NCBI GenBank assembly: GCA_002269645.1
Contig: NIVC01000997.1
Location: forward strand, 310,001 to 374,000
DNA: 64,000 nucleotides
Reading direction: 5' to 3'
DNA from: Macrostomum lignano
Taxonomy: Eukaryota
Shown: positions 14,034 through 26,888 of the stretch, one piece after another
How the letters are laid out: every line of letters starts with the position of its first letter
How positions within the stretch are numbered: the stretch's first letter is position 1
Position numbers and translations under genes: made by a program
Notes under the pieces: model-generated
The model's input: the letters and a program-made list of their open reading frames with translations, nothing else
Databases searched by the model: none
Told to the model about the DNA's origin: nothing

Positions 14034-16326
14034 TTGAAGTTTGTTGCTTTTAGAGTATTAAATCTCTAAGGTAATTTTAGTTGTTAGATTTCGGGCTGGG
14101 TTAATCATGCATTGAATGAGCCATTGGTTTGTGTAAAGCTTAGGCAAAAAACTGGCATTTGAGGGAGCAACTAAAATTAACCAAAGAAGTTAGAAGCAAC
14201 TTTAAAAACATTAAAATGTTAACTAGCTAGATAAGTATAACTTTGCTAGTATCTAAATGTATTTTTTAAATAGCACAATCAAAGAACAATGCCTTTAATC
14301 CTACTATCATAACAAAATTTTAACTATATATTACAATATTAGTTTTAAATTCTAAGAACTTCTAAAATAGAAATACACATAGAAAGAGAAAGTATATCTA
14401 CCATAAATGAATATAATTAGGCAATGATTTAAAAAGCTAATTATATTGTAATGTATCAAGTTTTAGTAAGATACTTTATACAAAAACTATAGCTTAAACT
14501 TAATAAAACAAAAATAATTATAAAAGTTCCTCTAAATTTCCTATTTCATTTTACTTTAAATATTTACACGAGCAGATTTGAGATATTATACTAATTAATT
14601 TATACTAAATTATTTTTGTCAAACCTAATATTTTGCAAAAGTCAAAAATTTTCTAGCATATGTGTATTGTTGTACATAACATACTTTTAAGTGTGGACAT
14701 GTGGCCAATATCAGTTTATATATAAATATTGGGTAAAATAGAGTTCTTGCCATTTTTGAAGACTTTTATAAAATAAATTACTTGAAAATATATATAATAG
14801 TACCATAGCCCTGTAACTGAAACTTGAACTCAGTTTGCTCTACATGAGTCAATGGTCTTTTTATACCTCTGCACACATGACTTCTAGAAATTCTGTAGTT
14901 TTATCTTCACAAACTGCAAAAACTTTTTGTTTTATCCAACAATATGATTAAATAACTTATTCATTTGTAATAAAAACTATTAGTTATTATCACTAAATTA
15001 TAAAAATATAGCCCTAAGACTAATATCTAACACTATAGCCCAAGAAATATTGTAAATATATCACAAATTATAAAACAATAAAATCATAAAACATTGACAA
15101 ATAGACACTGTAGCAAGGCAGCCAGCCAGAGGCAAGCCAGCAAACATTTAAAAGCTAGTAGTAGTGGTAGTTATTTTCCAACGACATAGTTTCCAAATAT
15201 GTGCGTCTGCAAAAAAAATTTAAAATTAGAGACAAGACAAAAATTGATGTCAGAATCCCATTTCTATTTAAAAATATTATGACAAAAGCATAGTAGATAC
15301 GACGTATAGTAGATCACAATTAATTGTAACAGTTAAGTCTTTGTTGTCAAATGGAATTCAGTGGAAATAGACGCAACAAAGGCTTCAGCTTCAACGAAAT
15401 GCACACTATTCTGAAAGTAGTCTGAAGCCCAGTCCTCGCCTTCCTGGAAGGGTGTAATTTCCTAGTTTTTAAAATAACCAATGACATATTATTGCATCTA
15501 CTTATTCTTTACTTTATCCTAAATTAGGCTTTATTATTTTATAATGCTTTGCAGAAAAGCAGCACGACTAAGTTGGTAGCTTTAATTGCTTACATATATT
15601 GTTCATATTGTTTTAACTTATGACTGTTTATACTGCATGTTTTTAAATTCAACAACACGGATTATTTTTTAAGATAGAGCACATGAGCCTATTGCCCGCT
15701 ATCCGGCGCTATTCCAAGCAGTTAATCAATTTGCGGGCTTTATCTTCAACCATTTGTCTATGGAACATACGCTCGTATATACATGCTATATATGAGATAA
15801 AGCATGCCATTTTCTGGGCACTATTTACTTTGCGCCCTCGAGCCTAATTAATAATATCCATACGACCAAACGCGCGCCCATACGACTATAATATCAAACT
15901 TGTGTTTAGGTTTGTGTCTATGTAGAGTTACGAACGGGGGTTTTATTCAAGCTATAGAAAGTTTATAAAAATTTAGAGGTCAATTTTTTGGAAAATGCAC
16001 TGTGGAGATTAGCAAAAGTTAATTTCTGGGCCTTTTATCCCAAAATCAATTATTGCATTTGGATCTGGTGCAATGAAGATTACCATTCCTTTAGTTATTT
16101 ATTTGAGTTGTCGATGCATTTCCTCCGACAATAGGACATCTTCAGGGTCGAAATTTATTTGAACTAAATTATTGAATGCAAACAGTTTATATACATATAT
16201 ATATACATCAAAATTACATGTTATGTTATACTTTCATACTTCTCTCCACTCACTGTATATACTGTCTATCTCTCCACTAACTAAAGAACAATTCTTTTCC
16301 GCCCAACTCGCAGTACCCCGAATTTC

Positions 16327-16920
16327 TCACTCATGGCCCTTTCCACAATGGTGACGCCTTGGGTTGTGCACCACAGTGAAGTCAACCATGTTCTTCGAGC
16401 CGCAGACGCTGACCATGAGCTTAGCCCGGCCAACAGTTTCCAGGGGCGACCAAGAGCCAAGAGGATAAAGCCGCCTTGTTGGCAGCAAAAGTGGCATTTT
16501 AGCAGCCTTGATCTCCTGAAAGCTCGTCATGTCGATTACATTGCAGTTGGCCCCACTGTCGACAAGGGCTTCCAGTTGCTTGCCATTGATTGAGATTGTT
16601 AGTAGCGGCAGTTTGTCTGTAGCCAGACAGAACACCTCAACGTCGCTTGGTAGACTTCTGAAAGCTCTCCGGGTCCTGCCGCCTTTGATCATCGAGGGTG
16701 TGCACTCGGTCTCTTAAGTTCCGCTTGGACATGCAGGCCCACTTGTCAACGCTCTGGTCGGGCTGCTGCTTGCAGTTTCAGAATTCATACCTGGAGAACA
16801 CAATACTGTTGCAATTGGTGAAGTGGTCCTTGAATGACTTGTGGAGTGACTTGATGGTGTCTTCGGTGTTGCTCAGCTGTTTGCTACAGTTCGGGCAGCT
16901 CTTTGCGGCCTGAATGAAGC
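16327..16920 (-). mobile_element. Degenerate Ty3/Gypsy gag-protease fragment
   Basis: LTISINGKQLEALVDSGANCNVID retroviral-type aspartic protease motif, with gag-like HFT...SRYEF..CKQQPDQSVD (contains a stop) upstream. Confidence 0.8.
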
Positions 16921-17500
16921 ACAAGAATTGCGATGACCAGTCTTCCCTGCGCAAAGCGAGAGTGTGAGGTTCACAGCTGACATCAAATGGCTCAGGTGAG
17001 GGCAGTTACAGTTGGACAGCCATTGCTTTGCTTGCCACGCCAATGTATTAATTGACGCGAGGCCACTTGGGCATTGAATGCGATTTATATTTGAAGTCTA
17101 AGGGTTCGCTCAGAGAACAACGTGCCCTTGAGTATTGTGGATGTACATTAGTTTTATGTACATTATAAACAGACAAGGGCGCAAGGTAGAATATCCAATA
17201 TTATCATATTTCATATTATTTTTGATATTTATCATTTTTTTATTTAATTATTATTTATTTAGATTAGATTATTTATCAAATATATTTCATTCAAGAAGGA
17301 AAAAAATAAAAGTGGTCGAGTCTGTTACAAACCTTTGCTTTGTACAGTTCATCTCAGGGGTAGGCGAGTAGTCACTAGAATCAATAGAAGTCAGAGTAAA
17401 CATTTGCCCAAAAAATCTTAATTCAAGTCATTCAAGTTGTCTTCTATGAAAATTTCAGCAAAAACACCTCCAGCATGTCACAACAAGAGCAAAAACAAAC

Positions 17501-17539
<39 letters not shown>

Positions 17540-18234
17540 GCAACAGCAGCCAGCAGTAGCCACTTGCGGTCGTGGCCGGGCTCGAGGCAGGGCGGCGCCG
17601 CCCACACAAGCGCCACCTGTGTCTCGGCAAGACGAACAGCCGCAACCGCCTATGCAGCTTCAGCCTCCGGCAGATGAGGCTCAGCCAGGAGCAGCAGCCG
17701 CCGCCGCAGCTCCAGCCGTTCAAGGCACCGAAGGTGGCAGTGAAGAATTTGATCGCCTGGCCCAAGGAATGGAGCTCGCCCGTGGCCCGTCTCGGTGGCC
17801 ACGACAACGAGCGCGGCGGCCTGTCCAGGAAGCTGCTTCGCTATCGCATCGCCGACGTCCGACCGCCGGGCGTGGAGCTGACTCGCGGAGTCAGCGGTGA
17901 ACCGGTCGCTCTGATTAGCAACAACATTCGCCTGAGCGTATCTACAAATTTCCAGGCAATGCAAAATAAGGTGTTATTTAGACCGGGGCTCGAGTCCAAG
18001 CAGCTTCGGCTGCAGGTGAGTGTTGGCAGTTTAAATCATTCAATAAACAAGTAAGCCTTGGCTGTTTAACTTACAATATTTGGCCATTGGAACAGAGCAT
18101 TACTCAAGAAAACGACTTTTCAGTCGTCACTTATCAGACTTGTAGCACAAATGTTAATTCACTTGTTAAAAATCTACATAGCGAATTTGGATGTTTAGTC
18201 TTAGGCTGGCTCAGTCTTTCAAATTAATTTTCTG

Positions 18235-18820
18235 TCTCTTGGTGGGCGCCCTTTATCTCCTTGGTGGGCGGGCGCCCTATATCTCCTTGGTGGGCGGGCG
18301 CCCTATATCTCCTTGGTGGGCGGGCGCCCTATATCTCTTTGGTGGGCGCCTTATATCTCCTTGGTGGGCGCCCTATATCTCCTTGGTGGCGCCCTATATC
18401 TTCTTGGTGGGCGCCTTATATCTCCTTGGTGGGCGCCCTATATCTCCTTGGTTGGCGCCCTATATCTCCTTGGTTGGCGCCCTATATCTCCTTGGTGGGC
18501 GGGCGCCCTATATCTCTTTGGTGGGCGGGCGCCCTATATCTCTTTGGTGGGCGGGCGCCCTATATCTCCTTGGTGGGCGGGCGCCCTATATCTCTTTGGT
18601 AGGCGCCTTATATCTCCTTGGTGGGCGGGCGCCCTATATCTCTTTGGTGGGCGCCTCATATCTCCTTGGTGGGCGGGCGCCCTATATCTCTTTGGTGGGC
18701 GCCTTATATCTCCTTGGTGGGCACCCTAGATCTCCTTGGTGGGCGCCCTAGATCTCCTTGGTGGGCGCCCTAGATCTCCTTGGTGGGCGCCCTAGATCTC
18801 CTTGGTGGGCGCCCTATATC
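18235..18820 (+). repeat. 22/26-bp minisatellite (TATATCTCCTTGGTGGGCG[GGCG]CCC) in Piwi intron 1
   Basis: Direct tandem repeat; shares its core with 53585-55100. Confidence 0.9.
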
Positions 18821-21644
18821 AATGGCATCATATGCAAGAGGTGGCTTTTTGAGTCACTCTTAATTGAAATTTAACAAAAGAAATCTAAGGAAATTAATAT
18901 TATTCCATTATTTTGTTTTAATCGTTGCAGGTCCTCCAAGACTCCGGCCGCCTGCCAGACGCATTTATCTATGACGGTGGCATCCTGTACACGCCTCAGC
19001 CGCTGGAGACGCCACCGGAGGGCGTGCATTTCGAAGCGACAGCTGGTCGATGGCACGGCGAAGTGACTATCGTACAGATTGGCCCGGTGCTGCACAACAG
19101 CCCGGAGTATTTGCACCTGCTGAATGTGCTCATTGCTAGTGCGCAGCAGGATCTCGGCATGCAGCAGGTGCAGCGAAACTACTTTTATCCGGACAGAGAG
19201 ATTACACTCGCTAATTCTCGTCTGGCAGTGAGCATTCTCATGTTTATGGACTCGGTGTTGTTGTGCGATTCACAACTCATGAAGGCGAACCCCCAAGGCA
19301 CAAAGTGTACATTGAGAGCAGAGGATTGCTGAGTTGTCAAGGCTCATGACGGATGAGTTTTTGAGATGCCAGTGGTCAATTGGGAATGTTTTTGGTAGGC
19401 CAAGAATCAAAGGGAGGGTAGAGATAAGGTCAAGTCATGGCCTAAAAGGAGGCTTTTTTGCTTTAAACATCATTTTCTTTAAGATACCCAGGTAACAAAC
19501 AATCGTCACAAATATTCCTTTTTGCGGCCTAGTTGGTACTGTAAGCTTCAATTTAATCATAGATACGGAAATCAGACTTGCGAGACTGAAATGTTTCTGT
19601 CTATGGTTGACACTCGCTGGCATAGCGGAGTTCAATTTAATCCTGGGGGCATCAATTCAGTCTGATTTCCGTATCTATGATTAAATTGAAAGCTTTCAGT
19701 ACCAACTGGGCCGCAGAATGGAATAACAAACAATGTAGATTATTCAAAAATTTGTATTCCTTTCTTTGTTGCCACCACAACGGGGGGTGGGCGTTGATAG
19801 CTATTTGCTAATCAAGTGCTAAAATATTGTATCTATTGCAGACTACGTTACTTCACTTTTATCTGGCTTCCTAACTGAATATTTCAATTTGAACTGTAGG
19901 AAGCTGCAATCATTTTACCATTGCAGATGTGGCCCGGTTTCTATGCCGCCGTGGTGCCCTCCGAGGAGCCCGAATTCCCTCTGCTGCATGTTGACTTGCT
20001 GTTCGAAGTGGTTCACCAATACACTGTTCTGGATTATATGTATGAGCAGGTGCAGGCGAACAAAGACAATTTGTTCCAATACTTCAATGAAGCATTAGTT
20101 GGCCAAAGCGTCATGATGCGCTTGAACAATAACCGTAAATTCCTCATCAACGATATTGATTGGGAGGCAAATGTCTTCACCGAATTTGAATACAGAGATC
20201 CGGCTACGAATGAACTACGCAGCATCACTATTGGCGAGTACTATAGAACAAGGTACGGTTATCAGATCCAGGATGCTAGCCAGCCGATGCTCGTGTCAGT
20301 TCCGCGTCGTCGGGGTCAGGAAGGTCGCGGCCAGGTACAACCACTGCACGCTTGTTTTTTGTCATGCGCTATATTTGTTTGTGTGAGCGGGTGTACGAGT
20401 GCGGGCCCGCGTACGGTATTGGCGCTTTTGGCGCATTTAGCGTTGTGGTAATCAATAATTTTTCTTTAAGGCGGCAAAATATAGCGCCTTCGGCGCCAAA
20501 ATGAGTGCCTGCGGCGCTAAAAGGAGTGCTTGCGGTGCCAAAATAAGTGCCAAAATTTAGTCATGTAGTACAAATTTAGTACATGTTGAACTCTTGGCTT
20601 TGTCCCCCACCATAAAATCCATGGCGACGCCCCTGTATGGGACAAAGCGACATGGCATACGCATGAATTAATAGCCCACTGGTGTATCTGATACGTACCC
20701 CTTTATTATGCGCATAGAAATGGAAACCTACAAGAAAATCAGCATTTAGTATACAGTTTCCATCGAAACGGTTTGATCGGGTAAGTCTCTGTATTAAGAC
20801 GTACTAAGCATTGCGGTCAAACCTCGGATGGGCAATTCGTCTGCGGGTTAATTCTCGTGGACCCCGGTTGTGGGACATGTCACCGTATTGTGAATATTTA
20901 TTTATATTAACAGTTTTATTTCAACAGGCCCCAAGAAGTCTGATACCGCCGGAATTGTGCATCATGACCGGATTGACCGTCGAGATGCTCGGGGACCGCC
21001 AGTTGATTACGGACAAAAACAGCATCGTCAGGCAGAGGCCGAGGGCTCGGTACATCGGCTGATGCAGTTCGCGAATGACATGGCTGGCAATCAAGCCTCG
21101 CAGCAGCGCTCGGCCCGATACGGTGTGGAGATTCGACCGGAGTTGGTGCACGTCAACGGCAGGCGGCTGCCTCCTGAGCAGGTTTTAATGTCCTCTCCGA
21201 GGGTGGACCGATTGTCGGTGAGTGCAGTGGGATCAGATCCTCATTTTCACTGGTCCTAGGGCAGAAAACTGCAGCTCAGTAGCAACTCAGCGATTAAATT
21301 ACTAGTTGGATCGATTCTGCGAATTCATGCACATTCTGCAATATTCAAATCGACTCGAAACAAGCAAGTCACACCTTCCATTCCGTCAACAATCAACAAT
21401 CCGTCACTCGCCACTCAGAAACGTGAGCAGCTCAGACGAAAGATCGACTACGGTGGCCAGCAGGGTGGCCCTGCAGATGAGCTGCAAGCTGGGCGGCATA
21501 CCCTGGGGCCTGAGCATGCCGTACGAGGGTTGCATGGTGGTCGGCATGGACTCCTATCATGACAGACGGCATAACCAGTCGGTTCTGGGCATTGTCTTCT
21601 CTCTGAATCGTGAGCGACTCTGGTTTCAATGGTTGATGCGTTGG

Positions 21645-22600
21645 GAAGATTGGGAATATTGGAAGATTAGGGATGTTGGAAGATTGAGGAAATTGGAAGA
21701 TTGAGGATGTTGGAAGATTGAGGATGTTGGAAGATTGAGGATGTTGGAAGAATGAGGATGTTAGAAGAATGAGGATGTTTGAAGATGAAGGATGTTGGAA
21801 GAATGAGGATGTTGGAAGATTGAGGATGTTGGAAGAATGAGGATGTTAAAAGATTGAGGATGTTGGAAGATTGAGGATGTTGGAAGAATGAGGATGTTAG
21901 AAGAATGAGGATGTTTGAAGATGAAGGATGTTGGAAGAATGAGGATGTTGGAAGATTGAGGATGTTGGAAGAATGAGGATGTTGAAAGATTGAGGATGTT
22001 TGAAGAATGAGGATGTTGGAAGATTGAGGATGTTTGAAGATGGAGAATGTTAGAAGAATGAGGATGTTTGAAGATGAAGGATGTTGGAAGAATGAGGATG
22101 TTGGAAGATTTGTGACATTGGAAGATTGAGGATAATGTATGTTGGAATATTAGGGATGTTGGAAGATTGAGGAAATTGGAAGATTGAGGAAATTGGAAGA
22201 TTGAGGAAATTGGAAGATTGAGGATGTTAAAGATTGAGGATGTTAAAGATTGAGGATGTTGGGGATTGAGGATAATGGATGTTTGAAGATTGAGGATGTT
22301 AAAGATTGAGGATGTTGGGGATTGAGGATAATGGATGTTTGAAGATTGAGGATGTTTGAAGATTGAGGATGTTAAAGATTGAGGATGTTGGGGATTGAGG
22401 ATAATGGATGTTTGAAGATTGAGGATGTTAAAGATTGAGGATGTTGGGGATTGAGGATAATGGATGTTTGAAGATTGGGGATGTTGGGGATTGAGGATAA
22501 TGGATGTTTGAAGATCGAGGATGTTGGAAGATTAAGGATGTTGGAATGTTGTGAGGATGGGAGATTAAGGATAATTGAAAATTGCGGATGTTGCAAGATA
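21645..22600 (+). repeat. 17-bp minisatellite (GAAGATTGAGGATGTTG) in a Piwi intron
   Basis: Direct tandem repeat. Confidence 0.92.
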
Positions 22601-22994
22601 GGTAGATCTTTAGCAAAGATACGAGCGTAGGCTAACGATCAGTGACTTCAACCTCTGACGCCCCATCAACAACTCCAGCCCTGATGACGCAGTACTACTC
22701 CTACGCAGCAATGATGCAGCATGGCAGAGCCGAGTTGCACCAGTGTGGCAGAGCCGAGCTGCACCAGCGTCTGGTACAGGGCTTCAGTGCTGCACTGGAG
22801 AGGTACAGGCTAAGCAATGGCGGCAGCCTACCCGCCTCCATTGTCATCTACAGAGACGGTGTCAGCGACTCCATGCTGGAGCAGGTCAAGGATATCGAGT
22901 TTGCTCAGGTGCGATTCGTGCCATGTCTAATAGTGTCTGTCTCAGCACGTGTTGCAGCACCTGTCTCAGCACCTGTCTCTTTTTTATTAAAGAC

Positions 22995-23310
22995 GGGGGG
23001 CTGCGTGCACCCTGGCGCACTTTAGTCGACATTGTCACACAACCGGCGAGAGGCATTACTGCCCATTCCGCCGACTCCCCTGAGCAGTCAAACAAGCGCG
23101 CGGATACGTACGCAGTCATACGCACCGGCACACACTCACACAGGAGTGTACAGCGGCCCTAACTTTATTTATCGTTAGGCATGTACACTTCACTGTGTCT
23201 TGGGGGTTGGCCCTCAAGCTGGGCGTTAATTGCACGAGCAGAGCCAAGCCGAGATTCCAGATTAGCCCCAAATGAATGTGACTGCACTTGGAATCGAGCC
23301 TGGGCCGCTG
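22995..23310 (-). mobile_element. ~300-bp dispersed repeat in a Piwi intron; inverted near-identical copy at ~52885-53195
   Basis: Long reverse-complement match (GACATTGTCACACAACCGGCGAGAGGCATTACTGCCC...GTGACTGCACTTG). Confidence 0.75.
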
Positions 23311-24074
23311 GCACATCAGAGTCTCGCTAGACCACTGGGCTACATGTCTCAGCACCTGTCCCACCCGCACCACCGCAGGTGTCGGTATTTCTGCGCGAGC
23401 TGTACAGCGCCGCTAGACGGCCGCCGCCCGGCCTGAAGGTGATCGTCGTGAAGAAGCGAATCAGCGCGCGGTTTTTCCTGCAACAGCAGCAGCAGCAGCA
23501 AAATCGGGAATTGAGCAACCCGCTGCCAGGTACCGTGGTGGACTCAACAGTAACCATGCCGGGTTATTATGACTTCTATCTGGTGTCACAGTTCACCCAA
23601 CAGGTGCGATTTTGTCTCTGATTATCAAATTAGCTATTAGTTAAGCAAAGTTAGCTGAGGTTAGTTCTGTAAAATAAGTTTGTGTAAACTGTCTTAAAAA
23701 CTTGCCACGCAGGGCACTGTCACGCCAACGCACTAAAATGTCATCATTGACGAAAACGAAACCCGATTAAACGCTGATTCGGTTCAAGTTTTTACCTACA
23801 AACTGACTCACCTGTACGCTAATTGGCCTGGCACTATTCGAGTCCTAGCGCCTTGCCAGTACGCCCACCGATTGGCTTACCTGGTTGGTCAGAGCCTCGG
23901 GAAGGAGCCGAATCCGCAGATCTGCGACCAGCTGTTCTACCTTTAATCTGGGCCCTAACGCATGGCCTCTCTTAGCAATATAAATTCAACAATCCTTAAT
24001 TGTTGTTGTTAACCAATTAGCATAGCTAGTTTACTCCTTGTGCAATTTGCGTTGTCATAGTTGAATAAGTACGG

Positions 24075-24881
24075 TTTTATAGTTGCTATAACTGTTGACT
24101 GGATAAACATATGAACTTGTAATTTTTACCCAACAATTTTGCACATATGGGCAGCAAACAACTTTATTTTGGCTTTCTTTATCTACCTGCATGAAACTTT
24201 GTTATGTTATATGAAAGTACAGACCTCAAGATGAAAAACTGCGACTTCTGTCTATGGCAAAAGACCCGAGAAAGTTTAGAACTTGCTGCCACATTCGGCT
24301 ACTTTCCCAGCAAAGTTGTCTGGGAATAATTTTGCAGTTTTGAGCTGCATAACGCTACTGGTTGAGAGATTTGGCTGAAAATCTTTAACTTGAAATCGTT
24401 TCTGAGGTCGGTCAGAAGTTGGATCGAAGGAAGGTCAAGCATTGCCACGCAAGATTAAGTTGCTTGTCTACAAAAGTGTCCTTATCAAGAAGCGCCGCAT
24501 CATATGTGCCAAGCCCTTAATCTTGTGGGACAAAGCTCGCCCTCACGCTGCCTTGGCCACCATAAGAAGAGTGGAAGAGCTTGGCTTTGGGCTACCCTAA
24601 TCGCCCACCTTACGGATTGAGCGCACAGAATCACTGAAGAAAAAATGAACATTGGCGCTGATTTTTTGGCATGTCGAACGCGTTTAAACTTGTTATTATC
24701 TTGAGGTTTGGACTTTCATATAACATAACACAGTTGCATGCAGCTAGATAAAGCTCGAAATAAAGTTGTTTATTGCTCAAATGTGTCAGATTTTTGGGGG
24801 TAAAATTTTAAGTTTATAAGTTTATTCAGCAAAAGTTACAACAAAATTCAATTCTCGTTACTTTTGAAACACCCCTCGTTA
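24075..24881 (+). mobile_element. Internally deleted Tc1/mariner element with long TIRs and a transposase remnant
   Basis: Inverted repeats at ~24110-24235 and 24695-24830. The right end reads ACGAGGGGTGTTTCAAAAGTAACG on - and is followed by TA. The remnant WDKARPHAALATIRRVEELGFGL..RPPY (24526-24625) resembles the mariner HDNARPH...HPPYSPDLAP motif. Confidence 0.75.
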
Positions 24882-25579
24882 GTACTTAGTAGTAGTAGTA
24901 TTGTTGTTGTTGTTGTTGTTGTAACTAAGTAATGTAAAGTAAAATCGACAAAAGGACCAAGCAATGGAGACCGAAGAGGATCTCGCTGTCCCTGGCGACA
25001 GGACGAGATTGAGCCGTCTGGGATCGAGACAACTTGTACGGAGCTACAAAGAACCGGACTATATATAGAATAGTCTCGTCTCGTACGCCCGGAGACGACC
25101 AGGCGAACGTTCCGCCGATGGAGAAAGGACTTAAGAGCCAGAGCCGTCTAACTCAGCCAATGCGTCAAATCCACCACTCCGCCACCCCTGCGAGGGCAGA
25201 GCGGACTTCCCTAGCAACTAGCTATTTTGGTGCTTTTGGCTGAACTTGACCAAGGGCTGCGTCCCCACTTAAAACATCTGTTGTGAAGGCACTCTCCGCC
25301 TCAAACGAGAGGAACTCTGGAATTAATATAAAAGCAGGATCGGAGCGCAAAATCTGCGCTGTGCTGCTTCTCTCGGATCAAGTTTTGCTTGGAGCTGGGT
25401 TAACACTCAGTTAAATATTGCGTTATTGTATCGTTCGTTTGAGTTCTTCACTTTAGCGGCCACTGACTCCTAAGCACATGCAGACGCCCTAATGCTGTAG
25501 GCAGGCCCACACTCTTGCACACGGTCACACACAGGGTGTACAGAGGTCCTGACTTTCTAATCGTCCGGCATGTACATGT

Positions 25580-25940
25580 CCAGCATTTCCCTCCCCTGTG
25601 TCTCTCACGTCCTCTGTTTCTCTCAGTCCCTCCCTGTGTCTCTCACGTCCTCTGTTTCTCTCAGTCCCTCCCTGTGTCTCTCACGTCCCTCCCGTTGTCT
25701 CACGTCCCTCCCTGTGTCTCTCACGTCCTCTGTTTCTCTCAGTCCCTCCCCTGTGTCTCTCACGTCCTCTGTTTCTCTCAGTCCCTCCCCTGTGTCTCTC
25801 ACGTCCTCTGTTTCTCTCAGTCCCTCCCCTGTGTCTCTCACGTCCTCTGTTCCTCAGTCCCTCCCCTGTGTCTCTCACGTCCTCTGTTTCTCTCAGTCCC
25901 TCCCCTGTGTCTCTCACGTCCTCTGTTTCTCTCAGTCCCT
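25580..25940 (+). repeat. ~39-40-bp pyrimidine-rich minisatellite (CTCCCCTGTGTCTCTCACGTCCTCTGTTTCTCTCAGTCC)
   Basis: Direct tandem repeat. Confidence 0.9.
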
Positions 25941-26039
25941 GATGATGCTGATGTCACAATCTTCGCAGATAGCTAGCAAGTGGTGTTCTTAATCTTGATG
26001 TTCGCTGCTGACGTCCGGGAGGATTCGTTCTTGATGATG

Positions 26040-26888
26040 ATCCTTCGCGCTACCCTGAGATCACGCTGGCTGCCCTCGCTTTTGCCGACGACATTGCCCT
26101 GGTGTGCAGAGACCCCTCAGCTGCTCAATCATGCCCCAACATGATCTGTGAGGAAGGCGCCAGATTCGGCCTCGAAGTGAACGTCTGCAAGACCGAGGTG
26201 CTCCACGTCGGCATCAGCGACCCACCTGCTCTCACCCTCCCAAACGGCGACGAAATCTCTTCCTGCTCGGATTTCCGCTACCTCGGCTCGCTGGTGGTCT
26301 CTCCGGACGACATCGTCACCGACCGTCGTGAGCAAGCCTGGAGATCTGCTCGACAACTGAGCCCCATCTTCAGTCTTCCCGTGCCTGACCAACTCAAAAT
26401 CAGGATTTTCCGAGCTGCCGTGGAGCCGATTTTTCTCTAACGGTCTCGAAGCTCAGCTGGTCACGGAATCTCGCAACCAGGCTCTCGACGCCACCTTCAG
26501 AGCTTTGCTGCGGTTTGCTCTCGGATTTGGTACCCTGAAAGACTGTCCAACCGCGCGCTCTCTGCTCGCTCCGGCGTCCCGCCAGTGAGCTCCATCCTCA
26601 GAACAGCGACAGCGACATAGACAGCGACTTCTCGGCCATGTGCAACGCAGCTACGGACGCGGGGAAATGAACCCCCTCGCAGTTGTCGTGCTCAATCCGC
26701 CATGCAACCCATTTCGTCGCGGACATGCGCACACTGAGACGCTTCTAAAGACCTTTGCTAGTGACCTTCAGGCCATCCACCTCACCCCGTTTGAGGCCAC
26801 TTCCTGGCCCTCTGAGCTTTTTCGCGAGCGTGTGAGCGCTATGAGTCTCTGACTCTTCAGTGTCTTTTTATCCATCTACTATCTCATC
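26040..26888 (+). mobile_element. 5'-truncated non-LTR retrotransposon (RTE-like) RT C-terminal fragment, degenerate
   Basis: LAFADDIAL, FGLEVNVCKTEVL, FRYLGS, KIRIFRAAVEPIFL*GLE and RLLGHVQR motifs with stops and frameshifts. Confidence 0.85.

Larger units (their letters stand above)
17475..23946 (+). pseudogene. PIWI: Piwi-clade Argonaute, apparently disabled. Exons 17475-18015, 18931-19227, 19927-20334, 20928-21217, 21419-21609, 22679-22908, 23379-23603, 23713-23946
   Basis: N-terminal GRGRARGR; N domain (GVSGEPVALISNNIRL); PAZ (LIPPELCIMTGLT); PIWI domain (QMSCKLGG, MVVGMDSYHD, IYRDGVSD, IVVKKRISARF, NPLPGTVVD, DFYLVSQ, GTVTPTH, NWPGTIRVLAPCQYAHRLAYLVGQSL...LFYL*). Lesions: +1 frameshift at ~17785, -1 frameshift at ~21050, TAA at 23734-23736, and MID exons absent. 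Confidence 0.85.

Noticed and set aside
23734-23736. Programmed readthrough of the Piwi stop
   Set aside because: TAA is the least leaky stop, it replaces a conserved Tyr, and other lesions co-occur.
24890-25330. Possible LINE 3' end with a (CAA)n tail
   Set aside because: There is a simple-repeat tail but no convincing RT motif in either orientation.
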